A stretch of 64,000 nucleotides of DNA. It comes from Kiritimatiellia bacterium (lineage in GTDB: Bacteria; Verrucomicrobiota; Kiritimatiellia; RFP12; UBA1067). Position numbers and translations under genes: made by a program. Of this stretch, positions 48,119 to 57,783 are shown one piece after another. The stretch covers positions 627 to 64,626 of the forward strand of contig JBAYXX010000008.1 in assembly GCA_041673345.1 (NCBI GenBank), written 5' to 3'. The notes beneath the pieces are model-generated. The model was given only the letters and a program-made list of their open reading frames with translations. It had not been told where the DNA came from and did not search any database. Each line of letters opens with the position of its first letter. Position 1 is the stretch's first letter.

Positions 48119-49906
48119 TCAGTGGGCGAGGATCGCCGCGGCCAACTCCCGGCGGGCATCGAATATGGCCTTAGGATCACGCGTATACCCCCACCACGTC
48201 GGAGCGACGCGGTCAACAACTTTCCGCACGGCTGCGGCTCCGGCGCGCTGCTCAAGCAGGGTGAGGTATTCGTAGTCTTCCATGCCGTCGCGAATGTTCT
48301 TCAGCCGCATACTGGCAACCGGCCCCCGGATTCCGCACGGAGTGCCGGGATAAAACAAATACCCTCCACCATTGAAATTCAAGTGCCGAGGATGCACAAA
48401 CGTAAACGCCGGATTGGACCACGGCTCAAGCACCGAAGTGATGGTACTCCAGTAGAGCAGGCCCGTGATGCCGTACTGACGGTTGATCCAGGTCGGCACA
48501 CGGTAAAACAGCAGCGGCTGGTCGATGTGCCAATAAGGTGGGTCCTTCTCGCGCACCTCTTCGTAGTTGGGGTGACAACTCGGTGATCGCTGGGCCAGCG
48601 CGGTGTACGACCAGACAGCATCACCTTGCTTGAGTTTCTGATTGATTGTCTCACGGTCGATAAACGACCAGAGTGGGCACCAGATATCAACCGCCGGATC
48701 AATGTCGGCCCAGTCAGGCTTATCAGGGTAGGTCTGTTCAATGACGAGACATTTCAACTCGGGAGCGGCCTGATGCACGACATCGGCTAAAACGATCACC
48801 TGCTCATACCTCTCCGCGGAGTTGGGTTCGTCGACGAGACAAACATACGCCCGATCCGCCCAGCCGTTTGACTTGACATATTGGTAGTAATCGCGGTAAT
48901 AGCGCAAGGATTTTTCGCGCTGGTCAGGCGGAATGGTCTTGTAGTTGGCATCTGTGGCGGAGCGCGGCAGACCACCGAAAGGAGAGCGCGGAATTGGAAA
49001 ATCAGTCACATGCAGCTTTTCGATGAACATGCGCAGCGCCGCATGCCGATTTGTGTCAATGGTCAGCGAACCATCCGAATTCGCCTGCGGCAACAGATTG
49101 CTGGGCAGAGGCGGGTTGAGGCGGTGCTCGGCCAAGGCTTGGCAGTAGCGGGCTTCTATTTCACGGAATTCGCCCGAGTTGTGTTTAACGTCGAAAAGCG
49201 AGGCTACACCCGAAAAGCCGCCGAAATGATTACAATGGGTCGGGCCATCAGGCAGATCAAAGTCCCACACGGTCAGCTTGACCGGAAGCTCGGCTTTGCC
49301 CTTATCGCCCGAAACCCGGAGCGTGCCGTGATAGATACCGGCCGACACACCCTTGGACACATGAACATCGATCCAAAGGGGCTGGTTCTGCCCCTCGAAC
49401 ACCTCAAACGGAACAGCGTACATGTTGTGTCCGATAGTGGTCAACGGTCCGCCCGAATGCTCGCGCCGCCGGGAGGGTGTCTGGATGGGTTTGCCTGTGA
49501 CCGGATCAATGAATGGAACGAGCGCATCAGGATAAAGCCCCGGTGGCAGCTCCGCATATAGCGTAGACATGCGGACCCGCACGTACTCCTCCCGATAAAG
49601 CCTGATGCTGTCACCGGAAATTTTCGCGCCACCTTCGCCCACTAGTTCGGAAAGCCCTGCCGAGGTTATCCGTATGTTCCCCCCCTGTGCGGCCACGACC
49701 ACCTGGAACGACTCGACCTCATTACGTGCGGCGGTGATCTCCGCCGTCGGCGTCCCGAAAGGAGCTTCGTGCTGGAGAATGCGCTCCATGGCGTGCAGCG
49801 CGGTGAGCCCGATAACAGGTCGCTCAACAGCCAGTGCCGGGGCTGTCAGCAAAACCGATGAGAGCACCAGAATCAATGTGAACACCAGAGCATTTGTTGT
49901 TTTCAT
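48119..49906 (-). CDS. secreted GH123-like / DUF4091 protein (tandem paralog 2)
   Basis: Colinear and highly similar to 46273..48048 at protein and DNA level; CLVDEPN, SMRLKNIRDGMEDYEY. Confidence 0.8.
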   Translation of the reverse strand: MKTTNALVFTLILVLSSVLLTAPALAVERPVIGLTALHAMERILQHEAPFGTPTAEITAARNEVESFQVVVAAQGGNIRITSAGLSELVGEGGAKISGDSIRLYREEYVRVRMSTLYAELPPGLYPDALVPFIDPVTGKPIQTPSRRREHSGGPLTTIGHNMYAVPFEVFEGQNQPLWIDVHVSKGVSAGIYHGTLRVSGDKGKAELPVKLTVWDFDLPDGPTHCNHFGGFSGVASLFDVKHNSGEFREIEARYCQALAEHRLNPPLPSNLLPQANSDGSLTIDTNRHAALRMFIEKLHVTDFPIPRSPFGGLPRSATDANYKTIPPDQREKSLRYYRDYYQYVKSNGWADRAYVCLVDEPNSAERYEQVIVLADVVHQAAPELKCLVIEQTYPDKPDWADIDPAVDIWCPLWSFIDRETINQKLKQGDAVWSYTALAQRSPSCHPNYEEVREKDPPYWHIDQPLLFYRVPTWINRQYGITGLLYWSTITSVLEPWSNPAFTFVHPRHLNFNGGGYLFYPGTPCGIRGPVASMRLKNIRDGMEDYEYLTLLEQRAGAAAVRKVVDRVAPTWWGYTRDPKAIFDARRELAAAILAH

Positions 49907-49924
49907 ATTGCTTTTCTCCTCCTG

Positions 49925-52066
49925 TTACGGCAGAGCGCGGGTTGCAGTTTCAACCGCCAACCGCGCACGCTGCACAAGGTCCTCCAGCGCAGCATTATTA
50001 ACCTTAGCGTCCGGTTTAAAATCGAACTCCTCCAGCACATTGGACAACGCTTGGCCAACGGCACCCCGATCCCGCAAAAACCTGATCTTCTCAGCCTCCT
50101 CAATGCCGTCGCGCAACATCTCCCAACGCATGGAAGAACGCGGCCCGGGATAGAGTAAAAAAGTGTCTCCAGCGCGCCACACACCGAAACTCGAATCAAA
50201 GAGCGGGTCGCGAGGCCAATTCACAAACGCCCAGCGCAGAAGACCATCCAACCCTTTTGCCGCCGCATAGTAGCCGAGCCACACCTGCTCACCCGTAGGG
50301 CTGGCAGCAAAGGTGTTCGGGTGGTGCGGGACGCAACAAATATAAAACGTTGTCACCTTGCCCTGTTTACGGCGCTCTTTGGCCTCAGCGATGAAAGAAT
50401 CATCGATGTGAGAGATGAACTGACAGTAGTTCGGGATATCGATATCCTTTAAGTGCTTAAGTGAAAGGTGGCCGACCATGGCGATCTTGAGACGCGGCGC
50501 GAATTTTTTGGCGCAGTCGGCAATGGCCTTGGTGTTCTCTGGACTCTGTTCGTCCATCGCGATATAAGTATCGTCCACCCATCCCTTTTTCTTTAGGTGG
50601 CGCTGGAAATCTTTCAGAAAAGGCCCCCAATAAGCCTCGTACTCCGGCGAACCGGGCTTAATTTTAATTCCCAGTCGATCGCCAGACGCACCGTCGGTGT
50701 AGAACACTTTACCCCATGGCACTGCGGAGAAACAGTGAATCTGCGGCCCGATGCCGCATTTCTTGCCGAAAGCCACATACGCGTCGAAGGTCGAATAGTC
50801 AAACGACCATGAGCCGTCGGCGTTTTTCAGGTTCTGAATCATCGTGTGGTACGCATCGAAGTTCTGATGCCCCCACGGCAGATCAGTGATGGTCGTGGTC
50901 AGCGTCTTCTGACCTGCATTCGCCAGCTCGCGATAGATTGGCTCCAAGAGCTGGTAATGCTCTTTCGAAAATGGTTTAACTCCGTGGTAACGCGCCACAG
51001 CCCACGGGTGCTGCCACAGATCGAGAAAGAAAGCCCACTTTGCCGGGTCAGGCAGCTTCGCGTCAAGTACTTCCAGCTCCAGCGGGAAAGTCACAGTTTG
51101 TCCGCCCTCTCCCGTCACAGTCAGCGTCCCGCGATAGAGTCCCGCTTTGGCTGAAGCAGGCACGGTGACAGTCAGCCACACCGGACGAAAACCGTTCGGC
51201 GGCAGATCGACCCGCTCCGCCGTGTCGAGAATGTCGCCCACCATCTGCCTGTTAGCGATCACGTAACGCACAAAACGCGTCTGTATCGCTGCGGCCTGGA
51301 TCTCCGCGCCCTTTTCGGTGCGCAGTCCGTCACAGACCATGCGAAGCTGAGGCACCGCACTGGATGCCCAGACCACAAACTGTCCATGCACACGTTCGTT
51401 GCGCCACGCCGTGGCCTGCCACTTTTTGAGTGACTCGTCGCCAAGCGCGTTCCTGGCATTGATACGCTCAGTCGGCACGTTGCGTCCATGAATCCCCGGT
51501 GAGATCTCAAACAAAAAGCTCTGAAACTCGAAGACCTGAAACTCGACGATATGCGCGCCTGAGCCCCGTGAACTACTGTCGGTAACCGTCACACGCAAAA
51601 AACGGGCTGCGGTCGGTTTTTTAAAAGGAACGGCAAAACCCTCCGCCGTTGCGGGCTTCTCGCTTTTCGTCCAATCCGCGACACGCTCCCATACCTCTCC
51701 GTCTGCCGAGGCCTCTATGAAAAATTTATATACGCGCGGTTCGCCAAAGTAAAACCAGATGTGGCTGGATGAAAGCGTTTGTTTTTTTTGCATCTCGATA
51801 GTGAGAACCGCAGGCAACTCCTCGCAGGCCCAATGATTGTTTGCCTCGATTTTTCCGTCCGTGATGAAGTGCGGCCCGCGGTTGCTCCATTGCCCCGACA
51901 CCGACAGTTTGGCGTTCTTCAGCGGATTTGCCAACATGGGCGTTTCAGCTTCATAGGTGTCGTAACGCCAATTCAGCGCGAACTGTTCAGAAGCCCCTAA
52001 AACCCTACCCGCCGCTAGCAGTATGACTGCCGCCAGCTTAACTGTTCTACGACTCGCACATCTCAT
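49925..52066 (-). CDS. GH123 family beta-N-acetylgalactosaminidase-like enzyme with N-terminal F5/8 type C (discoidin/CBM32-like) domain
   Basis: AWRNERVHGQ, FFLDLWQHPWAVARYHG, IAMDE, TFYICC, GLDGLLRWA, GDTFLLYPG, SMRWEMLRDGI. Confidence 0.85.
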   Translation of the reverse strand: MRCASRRTVKLAAVILLAAGRVLGASEQFALNWRYDTYEAETPMLANPLKNAKLSVSGQWSNRGPHFITDGKIEANNHWACEELPAVLTIEMQKKQTLSSSHIWFYFGEPRVYKFFIEASADGEVWERVADWTKSEKPATAEGFAVPFKKPTAARFLRVTVTDSSSRGSGAHIVEFQVFEFQSFLFEISPGIHGRNVPTERINARNALGDESLKKWQATAWRNERVHGQFVVWASSAVPQLRMVCDGLRTEKGAEIQAAAIQTRFVRYVIANRQMVGDILDTAERVDLPPNGFRPVWLTVTVPASAKAGLYRGTLTVTGEGGQTVTFPLELEVLDAKLPDPAKWAFFLDLWQHPWAVARYHGVKPFSKEHYQLLEPIYRELANAGQKTLTTTITDLPWGHQNFDAYHTMIQNLKNADGSWSFDYSTFDAYVAFGKKCGIGPQIHCFSAVPWGKVFYTDGASGDRLGIKIKPGSPEYEAYWGPFLKDFQRHLKKKGWVDDTYIAMDEQSPENTKAIADCAKKFAPRLKIAMVGHLSLKHLKDIDIPNYCQFISHIDDSFIAEAKERRKQGKVTTFYICCVPHHPNTFAASPTGEQVWLGYYAAAKGLDGLLRWAFVNWPRDPLFDSSFGVWRAGDTFLLYPGPRSSMRWEMLRDGIEEAEKIRFLRDRGAVGQALSNVLEEFDFKPDAKVNNAALEDLVQRARLAVETATRALP

Positions 52067-52214
52067 CTGAACTCCATTCTAATTTGAGCGCGGTTTTTAA
52101 TGCCGCGTTTATTAAACTATCACGAACAAATGTGTACTATATGTAATGAGGTGATGAAAATCAAGTGCTTCTTAAAACTATTTTATTCACCATTCAAAAA
52201 ATCTGTTTGGATGG

Positions 52215-52243
52215 TTGACATTTTCCGCCCCCCATTGCATAAT
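52215..52243 (+). promoter_or_regulatory. sigma70 promoter of uxaE
   Basis: TTGACA-17 nt-CATAAT with TG before the -10 box. Confidence 0.65.
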
Positions 52244-52308
52244 TCTTTTCAGTTAGAGAGTGTCATAATTGATAAAATCTGCTAAGCGCAGACGCATAAG
52301 GAGAGTCT

Positions 52309-53568
52309 ATGAGTTCACAAGTTATAAATACGCTTGGATGCGGTGATCGTTTCGGGCATCAGGGCAAGGCGCAGCTGGCAGCCTATGTAGAAGCAGCCAG
52401 GCGGGGAATTACCGTGAGTCCGGTTTGGAATAAGTCGCATCGCGAGCATACAACGGTTCACACAAAACCCGCCTCCGTCCGCGCCGAGGCCGATGCCGCT
52501 GTTCGGGCGCTGGGCTGGGACCAACCCTATTTCGTGGACGCCGACCACATTTCGATTGCGAATGTGGATGGCTTTATCGATTCATCCGACTTCTTCACGC
52601 TTGATGTTGCCAACTGTATTGGCAAGCCCTCGTCAGCCAAGGATGTTGATGATTTTGTTTCGGCCATGGGCGGGGTTACCGGTGAAATCACCCTGCCAGG
52701 TATCGACGATCCGTTACTGGTTTCTGAAGACGAAATCCGCACTATTGCTGAAAAATATTTGTTCGCAGTGCAGCAAGCCGGGCGAATTTATCGCCATATC
52801 GCAGGACAGAAAAAAGGCGAGTTTAAAATCGAAGTATCGATGGACGAAACCGATGATCCGCAGACCCCTGTTGAAATGCTTTTCATCCTGGCTATGATCG
52901 CACGCGAGTCGATTCCAATTGATACCATTGCACCGAAATTCAGCGGGCGATTCAATAAAGGAGTCAACTATGTGGGGGATATCGCGCAATTCGGGAAGGA
53001 GTTTGAGCTTGATATCGCCGCGTTACGGTTTGCATCAAAACAATTTGGGTTGAAGGGGTCCTTGCGGCTCAGCGTCCACTCCGGGAGTGATAAGTTCGCA
53101 ATTTACCCAATCATGAATCGCATCCTTAAAAAGTTCAATACCGGATTGCATTTAAAGACTGCTGGAACCACTTGGCTGGAGGAGGTGATTGGCCTTGCGG
53201 AAGCCGGAGGCGACGGACTGGCTGTTGCCAAAAAAATATACGCCGAAGCATTGAATCGCTACGACGAGCTAGCCGCGCCTTATGCCGCAGTGATCGATAT
53301 TGATCTGGAACAGCTTCCGTCCGCTGACGTGGTAAACAGCTGGAGCAGCGAAGAGTATGTGAAGGTGTTGCGCCACGATCTGGATTGTCCAGAGTACAAT
53401 TCGAGCTTCCGCCAGTTGATCCATGTGGCCTACAAAGTGGCTTTTGAACTGGGAGATGAATATACTCATGCGTTGGAGAAACATGCGGATATCGTGGGCA
53501 AAAACGTGACGTATAATCTGCTTGAACGGCACATTCTCCCAATCTTCGGGCCAACAGAGAAATCATAA
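52309..53568 (+). CDS. uxaE: tagaturonate/fructuronate epimerase (UxaE family)
   Basis: LGCGDRFG, FVDADHI, EVSMDET, SVHSGSDKF, HLKTAGTTWLE. Confidence 0.85.
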   Translation: MSSQVINTLGCGDRFGHQGKAQLAAYVEAARRGITVSPVWNKSHREHTTVHTKPASVRAEADAAVRALGWDQPYFVDADHISIANVDGFIDSSDFFTLDVANCIGKPSSAKDVDDFVSAMGGVTGEITLPGIDDPLLVSEDEIRTIAEKYLFAVQQAGRIYRHIAGQKKGEFKIEVSMDETDDPQTPVEMLFILAMIARESIPIDTIAPKFSGRFNKGVNYVGDIAQFGKEFELDIAALRFASKQFGLKGSLRLSVHSGSDKFAIYPIMNRILKKFNTGLHLKTAGTTWLEEVIGLAEAGGDGLAVAKKIYAEALNRYDELAAPYAAVIDIDLEQLPSADVVNSWSSEEYVKVLRHDLDCPEYNSSFRQLIHVAYKVAFELGDEYTHALEKHADIVGKNVTYNLLERHILPIFGPTEKS

Positions 53569-53580
53569 CTGCGCAGGAGC

Positions 53581-54090
53581 CTTTTCGATACCGACACCGA
53601 GTTATAGGTACGAAACTACGACCAAGCGATCAAGTTATAGGCAAGCCCGCCGCACAGCGCGCTGCGGAAAAACGATGGGGTAACTTGACCAAGAGAGCAA
53701 ATTACATGCGCAAAGCCTGTCGTTCGGTGTCGCTCATAGAGCGACTACTACACATGCGCTGCACTTTGAAATGCAAGCCGGCTTGCAAGCCTTGCCATTC
53801 GGTGTCGCTCATAGAGCGACTACTACACATGCGCTGCACTTTGAAATGCAAGCCGGCAAAGCGACAGTGCAGCGCAATGCGAGCCGTACACGTTCAGAAG
53901 GCGCTCCATAAACGAGCCCCCCGCGGTCACGGCCCGCGGCTACAGTGCTGCGCAAGCCTGAAAGGACACGCCAGCTGAGTTACCGACGGCATAGGTTGGC
54001 GATGATGTGCGACGATAGCGGATGACGATTAGGATGCGCATTCCTCCTAATCACAATCTTAATCATAATCATACTCTTAATCAAATATTG
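53581..54090. repeat. mosaic of intergenic repeats including a 60-bp tandem direct repeat with a GTAG-REP hairpin
   Basis: Identical 60-mers at 53723-53782 and 53798-53857; GTCGCTC-ATA-GAGCGAC-TACTAC hairpin; other modules are shared with 4515, 9697 and 57646. Confidence 0.85.
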
Positions 54091-54207
54091 GTGATTTTTA
54101 GTTATACGTAAGTATGTCCTCCGCTATGCGGTGGACAACATTGATTTTTAAGGCTATCCGGTAATATGCGCCAATTCACAACTTAAAAATTTTAATCCGG
54201 CTGTCGC

Positions 54208-54236
54208 TTGACTTCCTGTGCGTAATTGTTTATATT
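54208..54236 (+). promoter_or_regulatory. sigma70 promoter of rpsO-pnp
   Basis: TTGACT-17 nt-TATATT. Confidence 0.7.
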
Positions 54237-54242
54237 GCTGTT

Positions 54243-54395
54243 TTTCCTGCGGCGTGTCTAAGGATACACTCCCCGTTGCGGGTCAATCTGACCTTCCGGT
54301 CCGATTTCGCTTTACAAGCAGCGGGGATGTATATATATTGTGCGCCGGAAAGTTAACAGAAATAAAACCGCGGAACAAGGACCGCTAAGCATATT
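54243..54395 (+). promoter_or_regulatory. structured rpsO 5' leader (candidate S15-binding RNA)
   Basis: TCCCCGTTGC(54270-79) pairs with GCAGCGGGGA(54318-27), enclosing smaller hairpins; further GCGG/CCGC stem near the start codon. Confidence 0.5.
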
Positions 54396-54659
54396 ATGAG
54401 TCAGATTGATAAAAAACCCATTCGGGAAAAGTTCGAGCGCCACGAGCGTGACACTGGTTCCAGCGAAGTTCAAATCGCTGTTCTCACACGTGAAATTGAG
54501 ATGCTTACCGAGCACCTCAAAATCAACAAAAAGGATCACAGCTCCCGTTATGGCTTGATCCGCAAGGTCAACACCAGACGCAAGCTTCTTGATTATCTCA
54601 AGCGTACGAACAATGAACTCTACAAGAAAGCTCTTGCAGATCATAAGCTGCGCCGTTAA
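54396..54659 (+). CDS. rpsO: 30S ribosomal protein S15
   Basis: DTGSSEVQIAVLT, HLKINKKDHSSRYGL, RRKLLDYLK. Confidence 0.97.
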   Translation: MSQIDKKPIREKFERHERDTGSSEVQIAVLTREIEMLTEHLKINKKDHSSRYGLIRKVNTRRKLLDYLKRTNNELYKKALADHKLRR

Positions 54660-54666
54660 CAAGCAT

Positions 54667-54710
54667 GTGAAATTGGCCATGTCAACGGATGTTGTATGGC
54701 CACAATTTAC
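54667..54710 (+). promoter_or_regulatory. rpsO-pnp intergenic stem-loop
   Basis: GTGAAATTGGCCATGTCAAC-GGAT-GTTGTATGGCCACAATTTAC folds as an irregular ~18-bp hairpin. Confidence 0.55.
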
Positions 54711-54803
54711 TTTAATTATTTTTCCATTCCTAAAATGGAACATCTTTCTTAGAATTTTCTGACATATCGCTTTCCGGTCCTTGATCTGTCAAAAAGGAAA
54801 AAC

Positions 54804-56921
54804 ATGAAAGATACTACCTCTGTATCCGCCACAATCGGCGGAAATGAGATTACATTTGAAACCGGACTCCTGGCCCGCCAGGCAGCAGGCGCTGTGATGT
54901 GCCGTCTGGGCGACTCCATGGTGTTCTGCGCTGTCACTAACACTGACACCCCGCGCGAAGGCATCGACTTCTTCCCAATGCAAGTTGAATATCGCGAGAA
55001 ATTCTATGCGGCCGGGCGTTTTCCGGGCGGCTACTTCAAACGCGAAGCGCGCCCCTCCGAAAAGGAGATCCTGACCGCCCGCAACATCGACCGCCCTATC
55101 CGCCCGCTTTTCCCGGACGGATACCGCAATGACGTTCAGATCAATAGCATGGTGCTCTCCTGCGACACCATCAACGACACCGATGTTTTGGCTGTCAATA
55201 CCGCCTCTGCGGCACTACACATCTCCGAGGTGCCTTTCATGGGTCCAATCGGCTGTGTGCGCGTCGGACGCGTTGATGGCGAGTTTGTGATAAACCCAAC
55301 CAACGAGCAGCGCCAGCAGAGCGATCTGGATCTGATCTATGCCGGCACCCGCGAGCGCTTCCTGATGATGGAGGGCAGTGCCGAAGAGATCAGCGAAGAA
55401 GATTTCCTGGCCGCCATGAAAGCTGGCCAAACCGAGGTTGTGAAACTGGTTGACGCGCAGATCGAGTTACGCCGCGCACTGGGCAAGGCTGACAAAGTAA
55501 TCGTGGAAGAGAAGCCTGATCAGGAGAAGATGGCGTTCCTTTACCAGCAGAGCGGAGCCGCTCTCAAGCAGGCGCTGCTGATTGCCGATAAACTTGAGCG
55601 TCAGAGCGCTGTGAGTGCCATTAAAGAGGATCTGCTAGCCAAATCTATGGAAAAATGGCCGGAAGAAATTACAGCAGAGAACTTCATCACCTTCTTTGAC
55701 GCAATGGAAATTGATCTGGTTCGCGAAAATATTCTGGTCGATGGCAAACGCATCGACGGACGGGATTGTGAAACAATCCGCGAGCTGCATGCCCAGATCG
55801 GCATCCTGCCACGGGCACACGGCTCAGCGGTCTTTGACCGCGGCGAAACATCCGCTCTGGGCACCATCACGCTGGGCACCAAAAAAGATGCTCAGACCAT
55901 GGACGCAGTCACAGGTGGCGACACTAGCAAGAGCTTCATCCTGCACTACAACTTCCCCCCGTACTGCGTGGGCGAATGCGGACGTCTCGGGTCCACAAGC
56001 CGTCGCGAGATCGGCCACGGCAACTTGGCGGAGCGCTCACTGGCCAAGGTTGTGCCAGATGACTACCCCTACTCCATCCGTATTGTCTCGGACATCATGG
56101 GCTCCAATGGCTCCTCTTCGATGGCCTCAATCTGTGCGGGCGCACTGGCGATGATGGATGCGGGCATTCCGATCAAAGCGCCGGTCGCCGGGGTCTCGGT
56201 GGGACTCTTCACCAATGCGGACCAGAGCCAGAAACTGCTCGTAACTGACATCCTCGGCTCAGAGGATCACTGCGGTGACATGGACTTCAAGGTGGCGGGA
56301 ACACACAAAGGGATCACTGGTTTCCAGGTTGACCTAAAACTGCGTGGTCTGCCATGGGATGTGGTCGAAGCATCGCTGGCACGCGCCAAAGAGGGGCGCT
56401 TGCAGATTCTGGAGTTTATGTCCACGATCATCGCCGCCCCGCGCGAAGATCTGTCAGAGCATGCGCCGCGCATCACAACCATCAATATTCCGGTTGATAA
56501 AATCGGCGCTTTGATTGGCCCGGGCGGCTCCAACATCCGCCGGATCTGTGAGATCTCAGGGGCGCAGATTGATATTGAGGAGGACGGCACAGTCAGCGTG
56601 TTCGCATCCGATGCCGCCGCACTGGCGATCGCCAAACATGAGATTGAATCGATCTCTGCCGAAGCGGAAGAGGGCAAGCTCTATCAAGGCACTGTAACCG
56701 GAATCAAGGATTTCGGTTGCTTTGTTGAGATTATGCCAGGTAAGGACGGGCTCTGCCATATCAGTGAGCTCGCTGACCGCCGCATTGGATCGGTTGACGA
56801 AGTCTGCAAAGTTGGCGACAAGATGTGGGTCAAGTGCATTGCGGTCGATGACCGTGGACGCATCAAACTCAGCCGCCGCGAAGCAATGGCTGAACTCGAC
56901 CAGGAGAAGAACGAAGATTAA
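54804..56921 (+). CDS. pnp: polyribonucleotide nucleotidyltransferase (PNPase)
   Basis: [58 protein letters not shown] and S1 domains. Confidence 0.98.
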   Translation: MKDTTSVSATIGGNEITFETGLLARQAAGAVMCRLGDSMVFCAVTNTDTPREGIDFFPMQVEYREKFYAAGRFPGGYFKREARPSEKEILTARNIDRPIRPLFPDGYRNDVQINSMVLSCDTINDTDVLAVNTASAALHISEVPFMGPIGCVRVGRVDGEFVINPTNEQRQQSDLDLIYAGTRERFLMMEGSAEEISEEDFLAAMKAGQTEVVKLVDAQIELRRALGKADKVIVEEKPDQEKMAFLYQQSGAALKQALLIADKLERQSAVSAIKEDLLAKSMEKWPEEITAENFITFFDAMEIDLVRENILVDGKRIDGRDCETIRELHAQIGILPRAHGSAVFDRGETSALGTITLGTKKDAQTMDAVTGGDTSKSFILHYNFPPYCVGECGRLGSTSRREIGHGNLAERSLAKVVPDDYPYSIRIVSDIMGSNGSSSMASICAGALAMMDAGIPIKAPVAGVSVGLFTNADQSQKLLVTDILGSEDHCGDMDFKVAGTHKGITGFQVDLKLRGLPWDVVEASLARAKEGRLQILEFMSTIIAAPREDLSEHAPRITTINIPVDKIGALIGPGGSNIRRICEISGAQIDIEEDGTVSVFASDAAALAIAKHEIESISAEAEEGKLYQGTVTGIKDFGCFVEIMPGKDGLCHISELADRRIGSVDEVCKVGDKMWVKCIAVDDRGRIKLSRREAMAELDQEKNED

Positions 56922-56938
56922 TCCGGCAATTGCCGGAT
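56921..56938. terminator. perfect 18-bp palindrome at the pnp stop (possible terminator or stabiliser)
   Basis: ATCCGGCAATTGCCGGAT between convergent pnp and GNAT genes; no clear U-tract. Confidence 0.4.
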
Positions 56939-57031
56939 GTTCATTGAATACTTCGTATTATTAATCTTTCGGGGTCAATTGCCATGCAGTTGGCCCCGAA
57001 AATTTGTTATATATTTTTACGCTCTCATATG

Positions 57032-57541
57032 TCAGCATAAGTGCGATAACCTTTTCGTCATCTTAAAATCATCCATCACAAATCCGCCGCCGATATCGGC
57101 CACCAGAGTGCCGGCATTCACAAACCCGCTGCGCTCATACCAGGCAATCGAATTGCTGTTGTGCTTGTTGACCGTCAGCCAGAGAGATGTCAACCCGCGC
57201 TCAGCACAGAGCCTCTCCGCCAAGGCCAGCATCTTGCTCCCAATGCGCTGACCGCGCAAACCGCGCTTCACGTAGATCTTGCTTATCATCAGAGTCGATG
57301 CCGCAACATCAGGAACAAGCGCCAGATAACCGGCGGGTACTTCTTGATTCACTGCCAGATAATATTCGTAACCCTCGGCTATCTGCCCTGTTATGGCAGG
57401 CACACTCTGGTGTTTACCCAGCATATAATCGACCTGTTCCTGACCTATAATCGGCAGGTAGTGCTGACTCCATATCTCACGCGCCAAATCAGCGACCTCA
57501 GCCACATCCTGCTCAGTGACAACTCTTCGTATCTTAAACAT
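57032..57541 (-). CDS. GNAT family N-acetyltransferase
   Basis: ISKIYV...RGQRIG acetyl-CoA motif; LWLTVNKHN--SIAWYERSGF. Confidence 0.9.
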   Translation of the reverse strand: MFKIRRVVTEQDVAEVADLAREIWSQHYLPIIGQEQVDYMLGKHQSVPAITGQIAEGYEYYLAVNQEVPAGYLALVPDVAASTLMISKIYVKRGLRGQRIGSKMLALAERLCAERGLTSLWLTVNKHNSNSIAWYERSGFVNAGTLVADIGGGFVMDDFKMTKRLSHLC

Positions 57542-57564
57542 AATCTTGGTTCCTTTAGAAAAAA

Positions 57565-57726
57565 CTGGTCGCTTAAGCGACTAGAAAAAACAATTAATTG
57601 TTCTTTCCAAAAAGTTGTTTGTTTGCGAAATCGTCTAACTCTAATGTAGTAGTCGCCCTGTGAGCGACATATGCCGCTCATAGGGCGGCTTCGGCTGACG
57701 ATGCTGGTGGACGATTGGGATCATGC
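57565..57726. repeat. composite repeat: CTAGTCGC hairpin, GTAG-REP doublet and ATCCTAATCGTC module
   Basis: 57646-57668 matches the reverse complement of the 53728-53751 REP; partner hairpin at 57673-57689; 57697-57726 is 28/30 identical to the reverse complement of 4515-4544. Confidence 0.85.
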
Positions 57727-57783
57727 TGTAAATCGTCCACCAGCATCGTCGCCGTTATCGTCAACCAGAGGCGCAGCCGAACT

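Noticed and set aside
51520-51545. EFQVFEFQSF micro-duplication at the domain linker of the GH123 gene
   Set aside because: A 9-bp in-frame repeat at a domain boundary is too short to distinguish from chance.
53723-53857. Possible CRISPR array (repeat contains TTTGAAAT and a hairpin)
   Set aside because: Only two 60-bp units separated by 15 nt, no unique spacers of regular length, no cas genes; the unit matches a dispersed REP.
53685-53978. 97-aa ORF with an internal repeat
   Set aside because: It is a translation of the 60-bp tandem repeat; Cys/Arg-rich, with no SD or family motif.
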